The notes under the pieces were generated by a model. The model was not told where the DNA came from, ran no database searches, and worked only from the letters and a program-made list of their open reading frames with translations. Shown here piece by piece: positions 53,831 to 64,000 of a stretch of DNA of 64,000 nucleotides. Location: NCBI RefSeq assembly GCF_009914755.1, contig NC_060926.1, one strand, 5' to 3'. Origin of the DNA: the human T2T-CHM13v2.0 reference genome, Homo sapiens. Every line of letters starts with the position of its first letter. The first letter of the stretch is position 1. Made by a program: the position numbers and the translations under genes.

Positions 53831-55737
53831 CTCTATTGCTATTGCATTTTTTTTCTCATTGGCATTGTCATACATTCTATATTTGTATGAAATACTTCAT
53901 AGAAATATGGGAGGAGAGAGATATGTATGATGTAGTTATGGCTCTCTTGCTTTTGCTATTTTATTTTCTTCTGTTTCTGAAGATGGGGTGATGTTACCCT
54001 TTAGGTATCTGGCATGTGACATCATGTAATTTGTTTGGTAGTTACTGTGTTCTCAGTTTCCCAGGACACGTGGGAGTGGCTAAGTATTTTTAATGATTGT
54101 TTCCACTTTTTATTTTATATTTCTGTTTCTCCTCTGTGAGATGGTGAGTAATGCTGTGCCTAAGAAGGGAGCGGAGGGGAGTGCTATGTGGATTCAGTAT
54201 TTCCTTGAAGATCAGATTTTAATATTTTTTTTGGTGGAAGATTTTCTCCTCTTCCTCCGTTCCATCTTCAGACTTTGTTCCCTTGACAAGTTCTTACTCA
54301 CTGATCCCCTGGTGTTTCCTTTGCCATTAGCCTCAGCACTGAAGCTGCTGGGAGAAGAGCCAAAAAGAAGCAGCTATAACAGAGACAAACATTTTCAACC
54401 TTCCCTGCTTTTACCTTAGCCCATGAAATACGTGTGCTCAGCCTCCACATGAGAAATGGTTTGATTCTAAGAATCATGTTCGATGGGTTCTTTTTGCCCT
54501 TCAGATTATGGTGAAATTCCAACCTTTTCTCAAATTTGGACTTTTCCTTTATTCAGTTCCTTTGAGCTTTTACAATCACTTGAATTCTTTTATTTTTTTA
54601 GCCTCTATCACAAATATTATGCTGAAATGCCTTTATATTCAATATCTAAGTCTCAAATACAGTGATGTTCTTGGAAACTATGCAAACCTTCAATAATACA
54701 AACTCTGAGAATAAAGACAAATAGAAACGGCAGCATTCAGACCTTCAGCTGTGCTTGTGAAAGATTCAAAGCAGAAGTGTCTCCCAGCAAGGTAGTAATT
54801 ACTGAGCTCAACAGCTTATGTTAGGTTATTAAATTAAGGCCAAATAAGATACCTAACCAAACTGCCTCTTAAAAAGAGTGAGTCATAGCCTAATTGATGT
54901 GAGAGTCAAATAAATACCATGGAACTCCAGGAGGAAGAAATTCCTTTTAATTTAAGTTCTGTTTTAATGGAATTCACTGAACCTCTTCAAAATTTTCCAT
55001 AAATGGTTCAATAAAAAACACGAAGTCTTGAAAGAGTTTAAATCATTTTTTAAAAAGGGATGGTGAAACTCTTTTCCCTTTCCTCCCACCACATGAGAGG
55101 AGGAATGTAGTGCTGTAAATTCCCCTGTAATTTTAACTGTGAGGACCTGGATCTGGAGGAGAATGTCTAGCTAAAGAGTTCAAGCATAAAGCTGCCCAAA
55201 GCATACAAGGAGTTGAGCTTCCAAGAGTTCTCATCAGGGGACAGTTGACTGGATGGGGTTTTACTCTGACACATTAAACAAATCAGTCCCAGAGTAAAGG
55301 TTTGTTCAGTCAGCCTTTGATTTTGTTTTCCTTATGTCAGAGTTTTTGGTTGGTGGTTTGTTTTTAAAAACTCACTCTCCAGGTTTTATTTATCTTACAG
55401 ATTTTCCTTGCAGATTGCTTACTATTGTACATAGGTAATTTAGAAGAGTTTCTAACTAAATTTCAGACAATCCTGACTACTTCTGTAACTACAACTGGAT
55501 CTGGTTAAATTATGTGTAGAGAGGGTTAGCAGAGGTCTTGTAGTGTGGTGGCATGAGTAGAATATTTGGCATCATAGAGCAGAATTTGAATTTCTTCTCT
55601 GCTACATACTAGAGGCATATTTTTAATTAAATTATTGGCACTTTCATCTTCTGCTTTCTCCTCTTGAATAAGAGGATAAAACTACTTAAAAGAATATTGT
55701 TTCATTACAAGAAATGATGTATGCAGAATAAGGTATA

Positions 55738-55865
55738 TAGGAGATGGTGACTCACACCTGTAATCCCAGCTGCTCTGGAGGCTGAAGCAGGAGGATCACT
55801 TCAGCCCAGGAATCTGAGATCAGCCTGGGCAACATAGAAAGAATCTATATAAAGAAAAAACAAAG
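55738..55865 (+). mobile_element. FLAM / free Alu monomer (preceded by a MIR at ~55530-55730)
   Basis: ctcacacctgtaatcccagc...ggaggatcacttcagcccagg...agcctgggcaacatag plus A-rich tail. Confidence 0.85.
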
Positions 55866-56547
55866 TTTACTTCTGCCGCTATATTTTTAGAGGACTATTT
55901 CTAGCCTTCTCCTTGAAAATTGTTGATTTCCGATTGAATGTGCTCATAGTAGGTATCTGCTAGAGGCAAATTCTTCTTGCAAAAAGGCAATATATGCAAT
56001 ACACAATCCTCAGTTAAAACTGCAAGTCATGTAGAGTAATGAAACAGTAAAAGAAAAGATAGGAAAATAATAACAAAATAGAAAAAGACCCACTTGACCT
56101 CCAATTAATATAGCAAATAGACTTAACACTTAAAATAGCTATGCTTAAAGTATTCAAGAAGATGAAAGAACACACTGAGGATTTTGGGAGAGGCCTAGTA
56201 ACTCTAAAAATTCCAAGAGAAATTATAAAATTGGAAAACCTAATATCTGAAATTTAGAACTCAACGTATGGGATTAAAAGCAGATTAGATATAGCTGAAC
56301 TTTTTTTTTTTAATGTAGCAACTGGAAGTTAGACTAGAGTAAAACATCTAGAATGAAACCCAGATAAGCAAAAAAATGGGAAAATGGAAGAGAGGGACTG
56401 AGATGTAGAGGATATGGTAAGACAGTCTCACATGCATGTAACTGGAATCCTAGAAAAAGAGGCAGAATAAGGCAAAAGCAACATTTGAAGAAGTAATGCC
56501 TGAGAATGTTCTAAATTAATAACAGACACGAATCCTTAGTTTCAAGC

Positions 56548-56915
56548 TGGATATATTATATTCCCAGGCATTGTCTGGTTTCCTGAATGGCCATCAAGGG
56601 ATAGGGTAACACAGTTACCCAGTTTTGGAGAGTTAGCTCTGTTCTTTCTTCCATGGAATATTCCTAGGTGTGGTTCCTTCTTGCACCCCTTATTAAGAAG
56701 TTATGTATGCCGGAAAGTAAACTCAGCTACTGAGCAGCTACCACGTTTCTTGGCAGCTTGATGTAATAGTCAGCATGGTAACACATTTTATGACATTCCT
56801 TGCATATTTTCTTGTCTCATTTCCCGTTTTCCATACCTATACTACCCTGGGTTTGCACTTCTCAAATAAAGTAATGCCACATTCATCTGTGCCACAGTGT
56901 CTGCTTCTTGAGGAT
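56548..56915 (+). mobile_element. Probable old ERVL-type LTR inserted in the L1 ORF1 remnant
   Basis: Compositional break in the A-rich L1; ends ccctgggtttgcacttctcaaataaagta...gtctgcttcttgagg like ERVL LTR 3' ends. Confidence 0.5.
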
Positions 56916-58384
56916 TCAAACAGAGAAACACTATATAAGGAGTAAAAATGGCAAGAAAGCTACATCTAGGTACATCATAATATAACTTCAAGAAACCAGG
57001 AAAAAGAAAAGAGATTACTGTTAAAAGACTTTCACTCAGAACACACTCCTTACCAGAACCTATGGAAGCCAAAATATAATGGAGCATCTTTACATTGCTG
57101 AAAAAAAATTCATGACATCTTAGACGTTTATGCATATACAAAATGTTTTTATGGATAAAGGTGAAATATATATATTTCAGTCAAACAAGAGTAAGAGAAT
57201 TTATCAATGCCATATAAAAAGGAAACATTAAAGAACTAAAGGAAATATTAAAGCTTCTATTTCTGGTAGGAGAAATATGATCCCAGATCGAAGTTTAAAA
57301 ATGATAGAAGAAATAAAGAATAAAAGTTTGTTCAATATGAGGACAAATCTAAATGACAACTGTCTGTATAAAACACTATCTGAATGTTGACTATATGAAA
57401 TGATAATGTCCTGGTGATTTAAAATATATATAAAATTAAGGCAGATTGTTGGGAGGTGGGTAAATGGCAACAAAGTGTTTTATTAACTTTTCCTTGTTTA
57501 GGAACAGGGCAAAAATACCAGCTACCATCATATTCTAGTGAGTAGCAGATTATAATCTCTTTGTTCACTACTAAAATACAGTAAAGAAAGCCTTTTCTTG
57601 GTGAGGGGGAGGGGAAAGGAGAGTGAACAAGATCAATCTAGATGAAGGGAAGAAAGGAGAGGAAAATGTTACATTACAAAAGCTGGTGGGGAAAAATGGA
57701 AGTCATGGTAAATTATAGTAGATTTAGTCTCTGTTATATTAGTAATTATATTACAGGTAAATCGGCCCAATTCTATAATTAAAATGTAGAGATCAGTTGG
57801 GTAAAATGAAAGCAACCCTATATGTGCTGTTTGTAAGAAATGCCTCAAAAATGTAAGAATCCTTAAATTACAAGCAAAATTATTTAAAAAATTAATACCA
57901 CAAAATGTTAACCAAGCAAAAACTGGTATTATTGTCTGACGATGATCAGACTATAAAGACTAAAGCATTTCCAGAGATAAAGAATGTCATGATGAAAGGT
58001 GATAAAAGGAACTCACTAAGAAAATGTAACTACTGTACATTTAAACATGTAGCCTCACATATAAGAAAAAGTTGACAGAATAAAAGGAAAAATAGCTTAA
58101 CATATAATCATAGAGATGTATCTTTAGACACTGCTCTCAATAATTAACAAATCAAGCAGTTAAAAAATAGATTGCTTAACCCATGGATCAAAGAAAGATT
58201 CCAAACGGAAATTATGAATATTTTGAATCAAGTGACAGTGAAAGAACTTATCTAAATATTATGAGATTGCAGATAAGGAATATTTAAAGAGAAATTTAAG
58301 CATTAAATGGATATATTTAAAAAGTAAAGACTGAAAATCAACAAGCTAAGCATGTATTGCTGAAAGTTAGAAAATAAGGAAATA

Positions 58385-58747
<363 letters not shown>

Positions 58748-59944
58748 TTAGAAGCAAACATTAGAGAAAATTTACAAAGATAAATTTTATATATACTATA
58801 CATAAAAATAAAACTTTGTCATTGAAAAGATTAATAAAATTGATAACAGTGATCATAATCATGTTTAGAAAACAATTAGGAAAAGGCACAAAATTTCTAC
58901 AAAAAAATTAAACGCATCACCAATATTAGGAATGAAAACTGAACATTACTATATACTCTATAAATACTAAAAATAAGAAACTGTCAAGAACAACTAGATT
59001 TGAATCCATACAAAATATAGAGGTGATGTATATATTCCTAGAAAATCATAATTTACCAAAAGTGACAGGAAAGAAAGAGAGAATATGTGTAAATCCTGTA
59101 ACTATTAAGTACCTTGAATCTTTAATTAAAAACTGAAACCTTTTTCCACATATAAAATGCTAGGCCAAGAGGATTTCACCACTTAATTTTATTAAAAATT
59201 TAAAACAAGATATAAAAAGGCTTGCACAAACATGTCTAAGAATAACGAAAAAGAAACATTTCACAACCTGTTTTATGAAGATATCTTTGACACTAAAATC
59301 TGGCAACAATAAAAGGAAGAAAAATTACAGCACAATCTCACTTCTGAATGTAGATGAAAAACATCCTAAACAAAACATTAGTAAACCATATCTAGCAACT
59401 ATGAAAACAGATAATCCAACAAGTTGAGTTATTTACCTTTTGAAAAATAGCCAATATAAACTACCACATTAGCAGAGTAGAGCAGAAAAATAATGTTACC
59501 ATAAAATGTGCAAAAGATTTCTGATAAATCATTCATTCACGATAAAAAAAAGGTTTGGCAAATAGAGGTCAGAAGAACTCATCTTTAATCTGATAAATAG
59601 GGTCTGAATAAAACCTATTGTAAATATAATACTAAATGAAGTAGTTATAAAGCTTTCCCTTTGTTGTCAGAAATTAGGCAAAGATGGCCACTATCATCCT
59701 TACAATTCAACCATATATAGGAGATCTTATGCAATAAATAAATTTACAAAAATAGGAAAATATATAAGGTTGGGAAAATTAAAAATAAAGCTACCATTAT
59801 TCTCAGATGACATGATTTTCATACAAAAGTAATCTTAAAATTACAAACAAGTTATTAGAATTAATAAGTGAGTTTAGCTACTTGCTGAATATTTGTTAAA
59901 TATAAACATTTAATTACATTTCTTTTTTGGGATAAATCAATAAA

Positions 59945-61079
59945 TTTTATTTTTTACATTTTTTGACTTTTCATTTTTTTAAAACTTTTAGGTTCAGGGG
60001 TACATGTGCAGGTTTTTTACAGAGGTAAACTCGTGTCATGGTGGTTTGTTGTACAGATTATTTCATCACCAGGGTACCAAGCCTCGTACCCAATAGTTAT
60101 TTTTTCTGATCTCCTCCCTTCTCCCACCCTCCACCGTCAAGTAGACCCGTGTCTGTTGCTACCCTCTGTGTGTCCAAGTGTTCTCACCATTTAGCCCCCA
60201 CTTATAAGTGAGAACATGTGGTATTTGGTTTTCTGTTCTTGCATTAGTTTGCTGAGGATAATGGCCTCCAGCTCCATCCATGTTCTCACAAAGGACACAA
60301 TCTCATTATTTTTTATAGCTGCACAGTATTCCATGGTGTATATGTACCGCATTTTCTTTATCCAATCTGCCATTGACCGGCATATAGATTGATTCCATGT
60401 CTTTGCTATTTTGAATAGTGCTGCAGTGAATATACGTGTGCATTTGTTTTATGGTAGAATAATTTATATTCCTTTGCGTATGTACCCAATAATGGGATTG
60501 TTGGAATGAATGGTAGTTCTCTTTTTAGCTCTTTGAGGAATCATCACAGTGTTTTCCACAATGGTTGAACTAATTTTTACTTCCATCAATAGTGTATAAG
60601 CGTTCCTTTTCTCCATAACCTTGTCAGCATTTAATTTTTTGACATTTTAATAATAGCCATTCTGACTAGAATGAGATGGTATCTCCTTGTGGTTTTGATT
60701 TGTATTTCTCTAATGATCAGAGATATTGAGCTTTTTTTTGTATGTTTGTTGGCTGCATGTATGTCATCTATTGAAAAGTGTCTGTTTGTGGTCTTTGCCC
60801 ACTTTTTAATGGGGTTGTTTGTTTTTTTCTTGTAGATTTGTTTAAGTTCCTTATAGATGCTAGATAGTAAACCTTTGTCAGATGCATAGTTTGCAAAAAT
60901 TTTCTCCCATTCTGTAGGTTGATTGTTTACTCTGTTGATAGTTTCTTTTGCTGTGCAGAAGCTCTTTAGTTTAATTAGATCCCATTTGTCAATTTTTGCC
61001 TTTGTTGTGATTGCTTCTGTCATCTTTGTCATGAACTGTTTGCCAGTTCCTATGTTCAGAATGGTGTTGCTTATGTTGT
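59945..61079 (-). mobile_element. LINE-1 3' fragment (L1PA13-L1PA15-like)
   Basis: Antisense ORF2 ([19 protein letters not shown]) and older L1PA 3' UTR (ttgtacagattatttcatcacc). Confidence 0.95.
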
Positions 61080-62684
61080 ATTTTTTCCACAATGAAATTT
61101 AAAATACAGTTTATCTAGAAATAAATTGAGTTAATGATATGCGAGAGGGCTTCAAAGACAACTGTAAAGCATTATTTGTAGAAATTAGAGAAGACCTAAA
61201 TAAATAAATGATATTGTAAAGATGTCATTTCTTCTCAAAATGATCTATAGTATCTATGTATTCCCATAAAATACTTCAATAATTTTTATGTTTGTATGTA
61301 TGTTGTATGTCACTCAACATGCTAATTCTAAAACATAGAAACATACTGAACTAAAATTAGCTGACATACTTATATAGTGGAAAACAAGACAGAAGGACTT
61401 TCTGGTGAAGATATTAAGAATTAGTATACGATTTCAGGCTAATGTGGTATTTATTCAAGTATTGATAAATAGGCTAGTAGAATAAAATAGAGAGCCCAGA
61501 AACAGACTGAAACACAAATGCACACTTAATTCATTACAAATTTGCTAGTGTAGAGCAGTACAGAGTTTCTTTTCTATAAATGGTTTTGAGTAAATTGAAT
61601 ATCAATATAGAAAATATAAATTTGATCTTTACCATATACCATAAATGAACATTAATTTCAGAAAGATAGTAAACTTAATTGTAAAAAACAAATTATGCTT
61701 CCAGAAGATAATAGGAAAAAGTGCTTTATTCCCTTCAGTAGAGAAAGATAACCACAAAGGAAAAGATTTATTAATTTATCTAAATTAAAATTATTTATTT
61801 ATCAAAAAATACAGGAAAAAGTAAGTTCTGAAAGGAGAAAAGATATTTCCCACAAGTATATCTGATAAGTGGCTTTTGTGTCCTGAATATATATAGAATG
61901 AATACAAATTGGTAAGCAAAATATAGATAACAGTGAAAAAATTGGAGCGACTTGAACAGACATTTCACAAAAGATGTACAAATGGCCAGCAAGGTTAGGA
62001 AATGGCCAATATGCCTGGAAAACCTTATTAGTCTTAAGAAAAATGTGAATTAATACCAAATGATGTACCACTGCATATGTATTAGAGTAGATAAAAATCA
62101 AGATATCAACAATACCAAATGTTGGCAAATGTGTAGAGTTCCTGGAACTGGTTGTGAGTGGGAGTGAATATTAGTGCACCCACCTAGAAAACTGCTGTTT
62201 GATATTATCTACTAAGAATAGATAATACATATATACCATGAACCATAAACTTTATTGTCAGATTATTATACAAAAGAAACACCAAGAGTTGGATACATGA
62301 GGGTTTATAATAATATTACTTTAAAATCCCCCAAACTAGAAATAACTCAAAGATCAATCAATAGTGTCCTGGATCAATAAACTATTAGTTTATTTATTTA
62401 TGGAATATTGACACAAAGAAATGTTATACAGCAATAAAAATTAAAAACTATAGCTACATACTGTAGCATGCATATATTTCATGAACACAGTATTGAGAGA
62501 AAAATGTCAATTATAGAGGAACATCTACGATATGATTCTATTTACACAACACTCAAAAACAGGCAAAACTAAATTATAATGTTAGAATTCAGGATAGTGA
62601 TTTCTTTTGTAGAGGAGGAAGAAAGAATAATGATTAGAGGTAGGGGCTATGTAGGGAAGTTCCTGTGGTGCCTATAAGCTCCTA

Positions 62685-62728
62685 CAGCACTAGCACCAGC
62701 ACCCAGCACCCAGCATTCAGCACCCGGC
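62685..62728. repeat. Short degenerate tandem repeat (CAGCACC-like, ~6 copies)
   Basis: cagcactagcaccagcacccagcacccagcattcagcacccggc. Confidence 0.75.
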
Positions 62729-63254
62729 TGTTTCTTTGACCAGGGTGGTGGCCACATTCATGTTTACTTTATGAAAATTTATTGAATGATACATTTAATT
62801 TTGTGGCATTTCCTGTAAATGTTTTATAATCCACAATAAAAAATGTAAAATACTACATTGAAAATAGTTTTAGGTGTCTTTCAAAATATACTGCGGGACA
62901 GGTTTGGTTTCTTGTAGTTTCCACGTTTTATTTCTTTTTGCTTATAATTTTAATACTTGATTCAGTAAAGTATTACTCAGGGCTGTTAGATAACCTAATT
63001 CAGAAGCCTACTAGACATCTTGGGACCAGCTGAGAAGAAGTCCTTGGATACTGAAATTAAGACACCGAAAATGGGAAACTTCTGTCCCCAGCCCACTGGG
63101 GGTTCTGGTGCTCAGGTGGGCGTAAGCTGGTGGGAGAGATGCTTCCTCAACACCTGCAGTGGTGGACAGCAAAGGCAGCACCAAACAGGCATCTTTGTTA
63201 GGACTACTGACCCATGACGTGTACAGACTTTTTCTAATTCTCTCAATATTTCTT

Positions 63255-63350
63255 CAGGTTAGTGTTACCACCATTTCATGAGTGAAGAAAGTACAGCTCA
63301 GAGAAGTTAAGTGATTTCCTCAGTGTTCTATAATACAAGGTGGGATCTAA
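63255..63350 (-). mobile_element. MIR fragment
   Basis: ccatttcatgagtgaagaaagtacagctcagagaagttaagtgattt. Confidence 0.7.
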
Positions 63351-63469
63351 GCAGGTTACAGAAAAGGCAAAATGGAAATGTACACTTAATTGGGCCAGAA
63401 AGCGATATTAATTTGGTCTTCAGTTCACTATTTATGCCCTGTTGCCTAAATGCACAGTTTTAGAAATAA

Positions 63470-63568
63470 AATATGTATGTGTGTATATATATATTATATA
63501 ATATATGTAATATAATATAGATATATAATATAATATATATAATATATACAATATATTATATATATATT
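63470..63568. repeat. (TA)-rich low-complexity tract
   Basis: atatatatattatataatatatgtaatataatatag... Confidence 0.9.
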
Positions 63569-63884
63569 TTAATCTCTAGAAGTTCAATTTGTGTCTGTTT
63601 TTGAAAAATACATTCCATGTCCTATAATCTCAAGCTTTATTTTGCCTTTTTTCTTCCTTTTACAATTTAAACAGATATAATACACTGAACAAGTCAAAAA
63701 AAGAAATAATCATAATATAAAAGTGAACAAATAACATAATCTAGGAATATACATAAATGATACATGTACAAATTCTTGATAAAATATACATAAAACATGC
63801 AACTAATCCCAAAATTTGAATAAAAAAAAATTGAATAAAAAATATTTTGCCTATCAGTTCACTAAAAATAAAAGCAATTGACAA

Positions 63885-64000
63885 GACTGCTTTTGGTGAG
63901 GGTTGGGGCAATGGCATTGTTGTGTACTCTGTTGATAGGAACATAAATTGGTCAAATATGTCAAATATATCTTTAATATCTATATCCTTGGAGTCAGTGA
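63885..64000 (+). mobile_element. Old L1M fragment
   Basis: tggtgagggttggggcaatggca...tgttgataggaacataaattggt resembles the L1 ORF2 end. Confidence 0.5.

Overview
This is AT-rich, CpG-depleted, non-coding primate DNA, most likely human: it carries AluJ/S/Y, L1PA and LTR8/MER39-type elements. I find no protein-coding gene, processed pseudogene, structural RNA gene or CpG island. Every recognisable ORF in the track is a fragment of L1 ORF2 or a translation of Alu or MLT sequence. The window has two halves. About 1-39 kb is moderately repeat-poor, with MIR, L2, solo LTRs and small DNA transposons separating unique blocks, several of which look like candidate enhancers. About 39-63 kb is an almost continuous stack of nested L1 elements with Alu and LTR insertions. 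I cannot name the locus, and I see no evidence of a novel multi-gene system. The most useful leads are the candidate regulatory blocks, two ERV1 solo LTRs that keep promoter or enhancer motifs, an LTR strand bias hinting at a + strand host transcript, and a readable nested insertion history. Subfamily names come from recalled consensus sequences and need RepeatMasker/Dfam confirmation. Boundaries of old repeats are approximate.
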